This document shows, piece by piece, positions 51,172-62,155 of a stretch of DNA of 64,000 nt; position 1 is the first letter of the stretch, and the number at the start of each line of letters is the position of its first letter. Origin of the DNA: Diplonema japonicum (taxonomy: Eukaryota; Protista; Euglenozoa: Diplonemea). Position numbers and translations under genes: made by a program. The stretch lies in the NCBI GenBank assembly GCA_964019335.1, contig OZ025739.1, forward strand, positions 124,001 to 188,000, read 5' to 3'. Under the pieces are notes generated by a model. That model was given only the letters and a program-made list of their open reading frames with translations. It was not told where the DNA came from and made no database searches.

Positions 51172-53772
51172 ATGCTGCGATGCAGCACCTCAAGGCTATG
51201 TAAACTCGAAGCTTGGTGGTCTAACGAATTTGTGAACCAGCCACAAGTACGGACAATCATGAACGTGGTAGCGAAACGAAACAACTTTACCATCACTCCA
51301 GAAGCAGAGGTCCTCCCCAAGGGAGTCGGTGCAGTAAAAAAAATACAATCATCCTTCTCAGTTATTCACGGCCATACCCTGCAAAACACACCTAATATCA
51401 AGGGTGTAATGGCTCAATTGGGTTTTGAGGCAGTGAAGACCAGCTCCGGAGATCTCTTGCTTACACCGAAGGACCCGGAATCCAAATTCACCCTTAGTAC
51501 CCCGTATCTCAACTACTTTCGTCTGGATAAAGACAAACCCATCAACGAACGGCGTCTCGCTGCAGCCTGTCGTAAATTCGGTAAGTATTTGAACGCCCGG
51601 CTCGTGGTGTGCTACGGCTACGTCTTCGCCCTTGCGAATGAGAAGTTTCCGAAGTTCACGGTCGGTTTTAAAGGAAGAGAAGTGCCGCTCATCGAGGCAC
51701 TGCAGTGGGACAACACAGCTGATTTTTCAGAATTTCTCATCATCGACAAGAACGCGCCCGAGAATAAAAACACAACCATGTTTCGCGAAAACAAAAAGCT
51801 CTACGGATGGGTGGCCGATTCACTCCCGCACATCGACGGACTCACACTGATCCGGTTCCCCAAAAGCACTGTTTTAAAAGGCACTGAAAAAATGGTTAGA
51901 CACGCTTCCTCGCTTCTCCAAGACCCAATTTTCGAACTAACCCTTGATGCACAGACGGATAAAATCCCTGACGAATCTGTATTGTCCGAGTCTTGTGTAA
52001 TCATAAGAAAGGGGTGCCGTATATCACTGAGGGGCGACCGTGAAACATGTAAACTTATTTTCGACACGTGGATCAAAAATGGTGTTCTTTGCAAACTGGT
52101 TCCGGAAAAGGATTGGATGCAAGACCTTGAACAATCACAATTCGATTTCTTCAACAGCGCGAACAAAGAGCAAACCTGCAAACCCGAACCTGTTGTAAAA
52201 TTCACCGTAACGGACGTTCAGTACCCCGTTAAGCAGATAAAGAAGGAATTCCTCGCCGCAGCGTTCGGGTTCAAAATCGAAAATGCCGATGAGGAAAACA
52301 CGTTGCACGTATCATCCTGTTTAAAAGTGAACCCCGACACACCTATTCACGCCAACGGGAAAAAAATCACTCTTCAAGATGTGTTTCGCCAAAATATTGC
52401 ACTCCGTGACGCGTCTCTGAAAATAAGCGAAAGGGAGATAAAGTTCGTGACTACAATACGAGACGGTCCTGTCTGCGGGTGGGTCTTCGACCTACTAAAA
52501 CCAATCTTCCCCGTGTCAATCGAAATAATCGGGTTGAACACGGTTCTCGGCACAAGCCTCGACTTGTCATTGATCAAAAAATTCCAGAAAATCCTACGAG
52601 CGCGCATGGAGGTGAAACTAACCTACCCTTCCACTAAAGTACCTTTGAAATCGATGGTAGATCTCAAAAACGATTGCGCATATATTCGAAAGGGCTGTGT
52701 AATTGCCGTGTTCGCCCGTCGATCCCGGCTGGATGAGATCAAGGAAAACTGGGAAAAAGAAGGCGTTCATTTCACGGTCGTCGGTAAGGAGGAGTATCTC
52801 GTGAATGAAAAATTCCCGGAATATTTTGAATTCCAAGGCGAGATTGACAACGATCTGGGCCAGCTCACAACAGAAATAACAAACGCCGGCAACGAAGCAA
52901 TCGACACCGCCAACTCAAAAAAAAGACAAGCCGAAGCAGATCTGGAGGAAAAAGCAATACAAACCATCGCGTTCCGCTGCAAGAATTTAGAATCAACCGC
53001 CTCCAACCTCGTGAAATTCGCAGCGAAAATGCAACAAGACATGATCCCCGAAGACGAGAACATGACAACCCGCGCCCTCATCCTAGCAAAGGATATGCTA
53101 TCTGAAGCAACAACCATCGGATCTACCCCAACTCTCGACACCCCGCTGCGGTACCAGGTTCTTAAAAAGGGATACAGCGAAGGCCCGAAATCCGAGATTT
53201 GGAAAATTCACTCCGATCTGGCCAGCGTTCAAAAACTGATATTAAAGCTGCAAGACTTACCAGCTGTCATGCTTCAATGGGAATTCCTGGTGAAGTCGAA
53301 CCTTGAAGGCCTAGACGGGAGTATTAATGTCGTCGATACCTCCCACTTGCTAGCGTTCGGACTCACCGAAAACCCATCCAAAAAAGTCATCATCCCCTTC
53401 ACCGCCTTACTGGAACTCGACATTCTTTCAGACCGTCCTGGGACCATGGAGGCGGCGACGGCACGGATGTGCGAGATCCGTGATTGGCTTTATTCCCCAA
53501 AATCCTTTGGGCACACCGCCGTTGTCGGTCCGTGCCAGGAGATGGCATTCATTGAGAAGCACTTGAAGACGGCTCAGTCTGTGCTTCCAGGGCTTACTTG
53601 CATGCTGCCTGACGATCGGATCCTGCTTGTCGGATACGGGATCAACAACGCCGCTAAAAAACACCACGTTGCACGGGGTAAAGCCGTTCAACTCTACACC
53701 GAGGATACCGAGCTTGCGGAGAAAGCTGAAGCTGTCGGGATGCGATCGTCAAAACCCCCTTTGCTGCATTGA
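51172..53772 (+). CDS. protein with probable mitochondrial presequence, internal ~225-aa duplication, coiled coil and C-terminal PIN nuclease domain
   Basis: MLRCSTSRLCK; VVDTSHLL, IIPFTALLELD, DDRILL, LYTEDTELAEKA PIN motifs. Confidence 0.78.
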   Translation: MLRCSTSRLCKLEAWWSNEFVNQPQVRTIMNVVAKRNNFTITPEAEVLPKGVGAVKKIQSSFSVIHGHTLQNTPNIKGVMAQLGFEAVKTSSGDLLLTPKDPESKFTLSTPYLNYFRLDKDKPINERRLAAACRKFGKYLNARLVVCYGYVFALANEKFPKFTVGFKGREVPLIEALQWDNTADFSEFLIIDKNAPENKNTTMFRENKKLYGWVADSLPHIDGLTLIRFPKSTVLKGTEKMVRHASSLLQDPIFELTLDAQTDKIPDESVLSESCVIIRKGCRISLRGDRETCKLIFDTWIKNGVLCKLVPEKDWMQDLEQSQFDFFNSANKEQTCKPEPVVKFTVTDVQYPVKQIKKEFLAAAFGFKIENADEENTLHVSSCLKVNPDTPIHANGKKITLQDVFRQNIALRDASLKISEREIKFVTTIRDGPVCGWVFDLLKPIFPVSIEIIGLNTVLGTSLDLSLIKKFQKILRARMEVKLTYPSTKVPLKSMVDLKNDCAYIRKGCVIAVFARRSRLDEIKENWEKEGVHFTVVGKEEYLVNEKFPEYFEFQGEIDNDLGQLTTEITNAGNEAIDTANSKKRQAEADLEEKAIQTIAFRCKNLESTASNLVKFAAKMQQDMIPEDENMTTRALILAKDMLSEATTIGSTPTLDTPLRYQVLKKGYSEGPKSEIWKIHSDLASVQKLILKLQDLPAVMLQWEFLVKSNLEGLDGSINVVDTSHLLAFGLTENPSKKVIIPFTALLELDILSDRPGTMEAATARMCEIRDWLYSPKSFGHTAVVGPCQEMAFIEKHLKTAQSVLPGLTCMLPDDRILLVGYGINNAAKKHHVARGKAVQLYTEDTELAEKAEAVGMRSSKPPLLH

Positions 53773-54006
53773 TAGGGAGGGGCGAATCATAGAATAGAAA
53801 CCACCCGTAGGGTTAAAATCAAAAAAAAAAAAAAATCGAAATGTCTAACCTCAAAAAAAAAAAAAAAAAAAAAAGAAAATGCTGAGACATTTCTGAAAAC
53901 CATCATCAAAAGAGGGAAAAAAAAAACTGTATCCCCCCCCCCCCCCCTTTCCTCAAAACCACCATTATTTTATTGAACACTAGCAAAACCACGTTTCAGG
54001 CACACA

Positions 54007-54918
54007 ATGGCTTGTTGCCTGGTATGCTTTTCTGGCGAGCCTGCTGACGATCACGTGCCGAGACCGAACAAATGGCAGGTAAAATTAATGGATGGGTGTT
54101 CTAGTGATCCATGCCTATGTTGCTTTGGGTTCTGGTGTGCTGAGTGCGCCGCGATGAAGCTGAGGAAGAAGTCCCTCGACGCAAGGGGGGAGTGGCCTGC
54201 TGGGTACAAATGCTGCCAAGGTGTTATCCCAGCCTGTGCATGCTTCAAGCCCGGTGAGATGGGCGAGGCCGACAACGCCTGCTGCTGTCTGTGCCTTGAA
54301 GCGTGGTGCTGTACCGGCATCAGCACCTCCTCGACTTACATCTTCGTGATGGAGACGTACCAGCTGGACAACGATCCGTGTTACAACAAGTTTGTGAGGT
54401 TTAACAACTGCATTCAGATCCTTGCTTGCTTCTGCACAATTGCATCCATATTCATCAGCGATCTCAGGGAGGCAGCGCAGTGTGTCAGGCTCATCGCCGA
54501 CTTTGTGTTCCGAACCCTAATGGGGTGTATTAATGCACAGGTGAACTTTGAATTGGATTATCAGATCAAAAGAGGGCCGCAGACACAGGTGATGGGTGCT
54601 CCACCAGCACCACGGCCTGCTTATGGGGGAGGCTCTGTACAAGTGCAGCAAGGACCGCCTCAGCAAGGATACCCCCTGCAGCAGCAGCAACCTGTTATGT
54701 ACCCACCTCAGCAGCAGCCTGTTTACGTACAACAGCAGACTCAACCGGTTTACGGGCAATATCCTCAGCAGGGCTATCCCCCGCAACAACAATATCCCCA
54801 ACAACAGCAGGTGGTGCATTATCCCCAACAGCAGCAGGTGGTCCATTATCCCCAACAGCAACAACAATATCCCCAACAGCAGCAGATGGTCCATTACCCC
54901 CAACAACAATATAGGTAA
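54007..54918 (+). CDS. PLAC8-family Cys-rich membrane protein with YPQQQ tail (copy B)
   Basis: Core nearly identical to 16575..17393. Confidence 0.8.
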   Translation: MACCLVCFSGEPADDHVPRPNKWQVKLMDGCSSDPCLCCFGFWCAECAAMKLRKKSLDARGEWPAGYKCCQGVIPACACFKPGEMGEADNACCCLCLEAWCCTGISTSSTYIFVMETYQLDNDPCYNKFVRFNNCIQILACFCTIASIFISDLREAAQCVRLIADFVFRTLMGCINAQVNFELDYQIKRGPQTQVMGAPPAPRPAYGGGSVQVQQGPPQQGYPLQQQQPVMYPPQQQPVYVQQQTQPVYGQYPQQGYPPQQQYPQQQQVVHYPQQQQVVHYPQQQQQYPQQQQMVHYPQQQYR

Positions 54919-55668
54919 GCGGAGGGGGAAGTACTAATTTCATTTTTTTTTTCTCCCCCCTCATTTTTTTTTGGGGGGGGTTAGTTATTAATAATTGTAA
55001 AACAAAAAAAAAAGGTGATTATTTTATTTTTTTTTTATTTTTTTTATTTTATTTTTTTTCTTCTGAAAGTAGTAAAAACGTTTTATAATGCACAGCAAGG
55101 GTATATAAGAATATAGTCCCCTTTTAAGCAAATCCTTGTGCTGATTATTTTGAGTATCAAGCAACTTAATGGAACCCCCCCCCCCCCCCAACTACACAAG
55201 TAAGGACCGTTTCTTTCCAACGGACCGGTTAAATGGTGGCACTTATCGATTGCGAAACTGATAAAAAAAATGGCATTGTTCTTGTCGCTAGTAGAAAAAA
55301 AAGAAAAAAAAAGTGGAGTTTGTAATACTGTCGCAAAAAAAAAATCTACTTTAATAGGTTTTTACACCCCCCCCCCCGAGATCACTAGTTCTTGCACTTT
55401 CTTTTGCTCGAGCGAGAAACAAAAATTCAACAACACAATTACAACTCTGTGGAGGGACGGGGGGGGGGGGGGGGGGGATGTGGCCGGCTTTAGGTACTAC
55501 TTAGATTTTTTGTCCTTCCCCCCCCCCCTTTCTCTTTTTTTTAAAAATATTTTTACTGACAAAAAAAAGTTCCCCCCCCCCCGTTTTTTTGTGTATAACA
55601 ACATTTCCCCCTCTCCCCTTTTTTTCTCATCTTCCTTCAACCTCCCCCCACCCCCTACGACAGGGACA

Positions 55669-56118
55669 ATGACATATGTGGGTGTGGTGGCTCACTGGAA
55701 CGCTGATAAAGGATATGGTTTCATTGACTGCGATGAGTTGAAAAAAGTTGGGAGCGAATCAGTTTTCGTGCATGCGAGCGGTGTGCAAGGTGGAGGGAAC
55801 TTAAAAGTGGGGTGTCCTGTAGCCTTCGACATCACCAAGGGTATAAAATCCACACAAAGTAAAGCCACCAACGTTTCCGGGGAAGGTGTACAAGAAGGCG
55901 CACCAAGAGATCCAGAATATCAAAATATCCCGAAACCCAGCGACTCCAGAGACTATGACGAACGTGTGCAAGGGCCGCGGCCTACATTACGCGACAGGAA
56001 CAGCCGGGATCGGGAAAATCGAAACTGGGACAGGAAGGACGACAGAGATGGTGGTCCAAGAGAAACTAGCCGCAGGGACTGGAGAGACAGGCCACGGGAC
56101 TATGACAGAAGTCATTGA
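55669..56118 (+). CDS. cold-shock domain protein with RD-rich tail (CSD3)
   Basis: GVVAHWNADKGYGFI, SVFVHAS, KATNVSG. Confidence 0.88.
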   Translation: MTYVGVVAHWNADKGYGFIDCDELKKVGSESVFVHASGVQGGGNLKVGCPVAFDITKGIKSTQSKATNVSGEGVQEGAPRDPEYQNIPKPSDSRDYDERVQGPRPTLRDRNSRDRENRNWDRKDDRDGGPRETSRRDWRDRPRDYDRSH

Positions 56119-56535
56119 AACAAATTAAAAAAAAATAGTGTTTTAAGCTACACTGAAGTTTACGTAAAAACTTTCTTTTTTCTTTTTTTTTGAGGGGGGG
56201 GTAACGTTTTTTTGGCAACGTGTTTCGGGTTTTTACCCGGGCACGTACAAACAACGGCCCAGTTCCTCTTCCCCCCTCCCCTTTTTTTTAAAAAGAAATA
56301 TTTTTTTTATATTGTTGCTGGTCTATTTGTGACATTAAAAAAAATTCTAAATTACAAAAGAAGAAAAAAAAACCCCTCCCCCCCCTTGGAAGTATTAAAT
56401 AAAAGTTAAAATTAGAAAAATCTCATGTTTTTTTTTTCTTCATATATTTTCACGATTCACGGGATTAAAAAAAAAAAAAAAAGAAAAAAGAAACGAGGCG
56501 TGTGCAGGGAAAAGGAAAAAAAAAAAGAAAATTCA

Positions 56536-57039
56536 ATGACATACACGGGTGAGGTTCGCTCGTGGATTGCAGGTAGGGGGTATGGTTTTGTGCAGTCCTC
56601 TGAGTTCGACGATGAGCTGTTCGTTCATTTCTCCGCATTCGGCGGTGGGGACCTTGAGGTGGGCCGCACCGTGTACTTTGACGTGACTAACGACAAAAAC
56701 GGGAAAAAAATGGCCACAAATGTGACCGGCGATGCCGTTATGGGTAAGGACCCCCGTAGGGCACCCCCTAGGAGGAGGGATTCTAGAGACAGGTACAGAG
56801 GGGACGACTATTCCCACAGAAGGGATGATCGTGACTACAGGAGGGACGACCGTGATCGCAGAGACGACCGCGACCGCGACCGCGACTACAGGAGGGACGA
56901 CCGGGACTTCAACAGGGGCAACAGAGACAACAGAGACAACAGAGGTTATCGAGAAGCCCCACGTGACTTTGACAACAGGAGAGACAGCAGGGACAGGAGG
57001 GACAACCGTTTTGGAGGAAGAAGCTACGATCGTAGGTAA
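56536..57039 (+). CDS. cold-shock domain protein with RD/RS-rich tail (CSD4)
   Basis: GEVRSWIAGRGYGFV, ELFVHFS; RRDDRD repeats. Confidence 0.9.
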   Translation: MTYTGEVRSWIAGRGYGFVQSSEFDDELFVHFSAFGGGDLEVGRTVYFDVTNDKNGKKMATNVTGDAVMGKDPRRAPPRRRDSRDRYRGDDYSHRRDDRDYRRDDRDRRDDRDRDRDYRRDDRDFNRGNRDNRDNRGYREAPRDFDNRRDSRDRRDNRFGGRSYDRR

Positions 57040-57349
57040 AAAAGTAGTTTTTTTTTTTTTTTTTTTCCCACGACACTCTGAAAGTACTTCACCCATGAGT
57101 GCAAAGAAAAAAAAAAAAAGTAGTGGTAAAGTTGGCCAAATTAGGATAATACTGATTTATATAATACTGATTTTTTTTAGCGTGAAATAAAATGGAGTAA
57201 TTTTCAGGAGAAAAGTGAAAATAATAATAAAAAAAATTTTTTCAAAAAAAAAAAGTGGAGTCGGAAGAAGGAAAAAAAAAAGAGAAAAAAAAAAGAAAAG
57301 AAAAAGTGTTTTTGGATTTTTTTTTTCATTCCCCCCTTTTTTTTAAGAA

Positions 57350-57388
57350 AAGGGTGGTCCTCAAGTGGGGATTTGCCCTTAAACATCG
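57350..57388 (+). repeat. 39-nt conserved intergenic hairpin, copy 2
   Basis: aagggtggtcctcaagtggggatttgcccttaaacatcg. Confidence 0.85.
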
Positions 57389-57652
57389 TTTTTTTTTTTG
57401 TTTTTTTTTTTCTTCCCCTCCTCCCTCCCCCTCCCACCGTAACCTCCAAAAAAAAAAAAAAAGATTATAATGTAAACGACAAAAATGGGGGGAAAAAAAA
57501 AAGATATCCCCCTTTTTTTTTTAAAAAAAAAAAAGCTAAATAGGGGGGTTTTAATCTCCCCCTCCCTTCCCCTTGTTTTTTTTTCCCCCATTTTTTTTTT
57601 TTTTTTTTTTTCCCCTCCCCACACTATAGTAGCCCACCCGCTTCAGTCAAAA

Positions 57653-59962
57653 ATGAATAAAGATACTTCCGAGTCGTCACCGAAAAATCAATCTGCCAAA
57701 AGAGCCGAGACTCCGGGCATTACAAACCCGAAGCAAGATAAAGCCGCTCGAACAAATGAGCTGTTGAGTATGGTACAGAAAGCTGCGGCAAGGAGGGCGA
57801 GAGATGAACAACTTCCCTCGATAAAACGAACAGAGTCGAAGGCAGTGGTGAAGGGAAAAGGATGGCAGAAAATAACATCTCAAACCAAAGCTGCGGTGCA
57901 ACCACCACCACCACCACCACCACTAGTCGTTGACACCAGACCAGTCTCACCCACCGGCCCCAGCGAGGCACTACGTAAAGGCGTCCGTATCATAAAAAAC
58001 ATCACCGCTGCTAAAATGTTCAACATGAAATCAGGCCTCGATCCTGCCAACCCATTAGGGAAAAACAAAGCTTTTCGATTCAAAGCGAAGAAAAACAAGC
58101 GAACTGAAGAAGCTGCAATGTGGAAAGTACTGCAACAAGGCAAAAACGAGGCAAATGGCCGCATGGCGCTCCCAACCGCCGGAGATCTACGGGATCTTCC
58201 CCTACACCTCCAACAAACATTCGTCGCGCTGGCGGAGGAGACGCTGTCGCTGTACCTCGCACCCCGCGCTCTTTTATGGCTTCGAAAACGTGACAGAGCA
58301 AGGCAGATCAGTTCCTCCACCTGCCCCAAAATGAACTTGGACATATTAACTCGGCAGGAACTCTTCAAAAACTGCCCTCAAGAAGAGCTCCGCTCACTCA
58401 TTGACAAGCTCGTTCTTGCTGTATTCGAGAAGGGTGAATTTATCATCCACGAAGGCGAACACTCCGGCTCAGGAATATTCTTCATTATGACAGGCCGTGT
58501 GGCGGTGTACAAGAAAAACAACCGGAAGAAGCGATCGATCGGTCCGACAAACGGAACGATGCTGGCAAAGCTCTCGCCCGTCGTGTGCGTCGGCGAGTTT
58601 TCGTTTTTAACGGAAGAACCCCGCATGGCGTCGATTCAAAGCTTGACCGTTGTGGAGTGCTGGGTGTTGAGAAAAAACGATTTCAACGACTTCGTTAAAG
58701 GCCTCCCTGAAAGCACCATGAGCAGCATCATAGAATGCGCATTTTCTACAAGAAACAAAACAATGCACCTCGCATACCCCATCTCTGAGGACACCATGAG
58801 GAAATGCAGCATATTTGAACCATGCGGAAAGCACCTGCTCTCGGAGTACTTGAAATGGGTGAAGCCCTACGCGGTACCGAAAAGCTTCAACGTTCTGCGA
58901 GGCGATGCGAAAGCCACAAAAATACTATTCCTTCAGAACGGAAAATGCGGGGTTTTCCGAGGCGTCCCGAAGAGGCTAAACAACGGCGACAGAAGGCTAT
59001 CCCACACCCACGTTCACACATTAAGAGCACCCTGCGTCATCGGCGACACATCTGTATTACATGGCAGTCCAAACGGAGACTCTATAATGACTCTTTCAAC
59101 ATGCGATTTTTGGGTCTTAACACGAGAGGATTTTTTACACGGTTTGCGAAGGAACCCTGGTATAGAGGTGCACATGATGGCAGCGGCGAGGGAGCAACGG
59201 CAGTCGCAGCTCGCGACCCAGCAGAACCTGTTTAAAGATATCATTTACGACATTCCTTTTCTCCGGGACGTGGCGAGCTCCCATGCGATGAAAGAGCTTG
59301 TTAAAAGCTTCAAAGCAAGAGTTTACAAACCGTTGTCGGTGGTGTGTTCAACAGCAGAATTCGCAGACCGCCTCATCGTTCTTTACAAGGGGAAGATAAA
59401 AGTAGGAAACACCTATTGGAGGAAGGGAGAGTCCGTTGGGTTCACGTGCATTGTGCCACACAAATGGATGCAAATGGCGGTTTCTTGCGAAGTCGTGGAA
59501 TGCCTCGAACTAGGGCTTCCCCAATACGAGGCTTTCTTAAAGAAATGGGGCATCTACTCTGACATTGCAATGTTCGCCAAGCTGCTTATGTTTCCAAATG
59601 CGTTCGACCCGGAGCTCGTGTCCGTTGCAAAGCAAGGGGTTGCCGATCTTCGTACACCCCCGTTTTACCCCATTTCCAACTCTACACAGGTGCGGCTCAG
59701 CGAGGAGGGTTTCAACGGTATGCACTACCGCAAGATGATCAGGGAGAAGGAGGTCAAGAAGCTGCCGGTAAAGCAGTGGTACAGGGTCAGCTCGTACTTG
59801 TGGAAGCGAACACCTTCTCCACCAGCGCAGCCGCCCACATCCGACTCGAGTCTCTTCATGGATCTGAGGCACACGGGAAAGAGCAAACTTCCGATGCTAA
59901 CACCACCTACCCAGTCGGAGGTGAATTCTCGTCCTGAGCATGACGTTGCTATCTATCTTTAA
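57653..59962 (+). CDS. cyclic nucleotide-binding domain protein (about three cNMP domains)
   Basis: LF..C, FEKGEFIIHEGE, IFFIMTG.V, GEFSFLTEEPRMASI; two further degenerate domains. Confidence 0.85.
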   Translation: MNKDTSESSPKNQSAKRAETPGITNPKQDKAARTNELLSMVQKAAARRARDEQLPSIKRTESKAVVKGKGWQKITSQTKAAVQPPPPPPPLVVDTRPVSPTGPSEALRKGVRIIKNITAAKMFNMKSGLDPANPLGKNKAFRFKAKKNKRTEEAAMWKVLQQGKNEANGRMALPTAGDLRDLPLHLQQTFVALAEETLSLYLAPRALLWLRKRDRARQISSSTCPKMNLDILTRQELFKNCPQEELRSLIDKLVLAVFEKGEFIIHEGEHSGSGIFFIMTGRVAVYKKNNRKKRSIGPTNGTMLAKLSPVVCVGEFSFLTEEPRMASIQSLTVVECWVLRKNDFNDFVKGLPESTMSSIIECAFSTRNKTMHLAYPISEDTMRKCSIFEPCGKHLLSEYLKWVKPYAVPKSFNVLRGDAKATKILFLQNGKCGVFRGVPKRLNNGDRRLSHTHVHTLRAPCVIGDTSVLHGSPNGDSIMTLSTCDFWVLTREDFLHGLRRNPGIEVHMMAAAREQRQSQLATQQNLFKDIIYDIPFLRDVASSHAMKELVKSFKARVYKPLSVVCSTAEFADRLIVLYKGKIKVGNTYWRKGESVGFTCIVPHKWMQMAVSCEVVECLELGLPQYEAFLKKWGIYSDIAMFAKLLMFPNAFDPELVSVAKQGVADLRTPPFYPISNSTQVRLSEEGFNGMHYRKMIREKEVKKLPVKQWYRVSSYLWKRTPSPPAQPPTSDSSLFMDLRHTGKSKLPMLTPPTQSEVNSRPEHDVAIYL

Positions 59963-59964
59963 CG

Positions 59965-60001
<37 letters not shown>

Positions 60002-60041
60002 TTCCCTCTCTTTCTTCCACTCCTGCTTCCTGCTGGTATGA

Positions 60042-60099
<58 letters not shown>

Positions 60100-60446
60100 T
60101 TCTCTCTTATAAGGGGCAGCAAGACCTTTGGCCGGGTCTAGGTGTGTGACGACACCTCCCCTTATTATGCGAGTCGTTTTCAGGGAGGGTGCTCGGAGAG
60201 ACAACCACAGTTTGTCATCAGCTGTTGCACTACCGAGCAAGAGCAGCTGTCACTTAGGCACAGTAACATGGATCGCATTTGGCTTCTGCAAATATAAAAA
60301 AAAAAAAAAATGTCCCCCCACCCACCCACCCCCCACGCCGTGTCTGAGAGGTGGCACCGCACAGGTAGAACCCCATGGTTTGTGATACACTTGGAGGGGA
60401 CTGGTGGTTGTACCGTTTGACTTATGCCACCTTGACGTCAAAAATT

Positions 60447-60494
<48 letters not shown>

Positions 60495-60663
60495 TTACAG
60501 TAAAAAAAAAAAAAAAAAGAAAAAAAATACGGGGGCTGAACACTTACGTGGTCCCCCCCCCCCCTTTTTTTCTCATCAAAAAAATTCCTTTTGTTTTTTC
60601 CCCTAAATGTAAAAGAAAAAAAAAAAAAAAAAAAAAAAAAAAAACAGAAGAAGAAGAAAAAAA

Positions 60664-62155
60664 ATGAGCCCATTACCATGGTCGTTGGTGTCTGTAGTCG
60701 GCAGTGAAAAGCGAGACGGGCTCAGGCTGTATCATATCGAGGTGAAACCGCTAAACGGCGACAAGCCCTTCAAACTGAAGAAACGGTACAATATGTTCGC
60801 GTATCTCAACAACGAAGTGAAGCCGCTGCTGAAGAAAAAGATACCCTTCCCGGGAAAGGTGGGCGGTGGTGCAGAGAAGAGATCACGCGACCTGGACGCA
60901 TGGCTGGCTAACATCGTCAGCACCGCTCGAGACGATGACAACCTTTCTCTTCGACCCCTCCTCTACGAATTTTTAAGCGAACGAACCGCCGATTTAATGT
61001 TGAAACAAACACCCTTCGCCGACAAATCAATCGCCATAAACGGTGTTAAACTACCGTACCAAGAAGAAAGAGACGGGACAACGTGGTTCGCGGTGGACAT
61101 CCTCTCAGCAGGACTGGAACCTTACAGAATATGGAAAACTTACAGAATGTTTCTCCATCTTAAACAGGAGACGGGTTTCAACCGCGCTGATTTCCCGAAG
61201 AAATCCATCGCGAAATGTTCTGGTGAAGCATTGACCGAACGGCGAAAATCCCTCGACTACTGGATGACCGCTCTAATCGAAAATTCTGAGACAAATCAAG
61301 AAATGACCCATCTAATACAGGATTTCCTCGTCCCTCGTAATGAGGAATCTGAATCCGACGTTGACGAGGAAATCTCTGAATCTGAAAAACCCGAAATTTC
61401 AGCGATACGCCTTACAGAGGTAGGCGAACGGGGTGGCGGGGTTTATTATAAAGTAGAAGTGATCAGTTATACCGAATCCGGCCCCGCCACATACGTTTTA
61501 TGGAAACGGTTTCGACAATTCGCGAAACTTTGTGAGATGATGGTGGATGTCTGTCACGATGCTGGGAACGACTTTCCCCCCAAGAGTATTGGAAAGTCGG
61601 GTGTTGAGGGAAGAAAGCGAGGTTTAGACTTCTGGATGACATCCGTTCTCGGGTTGTCCAAAACCTCGCAAGGCGTGCATTTAAAACCCCTTCTCGAAAC
61701 TTTCCTCAACCCGTCTCAAAAAGTAGAATCTGCGTTCGATTCCTCATCTTTGGTAGAGGTTACAAAGGTGTCGCTTCCTTCTTACGACGATCGTGAAGGG
61801 ACGACCTTCTACCAGATCAGGGTGGAGCTGTCAACGGACGAGATTTTTGTTGTCTCGAAAAGCTACTCCATGTTCTATGAGCTCTGCAAATCCTGCGGAC
61901 ATGTTGTGTTGGGGAAGGCTGCAGAGAACGGATTCCCGAGCAAAACTATTCTGAAGGTATTTTTTGTTTTTTTAAACTTTTTATTCACATTTTTTTTTTT
62001 TTTTTTTCCAAAAGGTCACCAGCAAAGAATCGCTGGATCAACGGCACAGACAGCTCGCCGCGTGGTTCTTGGCTATGTTTGAGCGGTCGTTGACTGACGA
62101 CTACAAAGTTCTCAGGCCGGTGCTCCGAGAATTTCTTGACTCGACGCATGTCTGA
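60664..62155 (+). CDS. protein with four tandem PX (phox) domains; join(60664..61956,62015..62155)
   Basis: Four repeats of Y.I.V..K[RTS][YF]..F..L..FP.K..R...L..W...FL; a 58-nt intron completes the fourth. Confidence 0.85.

Noticed and set aside
54912-54985. Possible GTAAG intron overlapping the PLAC8-B stop codon (similar AG/GTAA at 57034)
   Set aside because: No convincing downstream coding exon; cannot be decided without transcripts.
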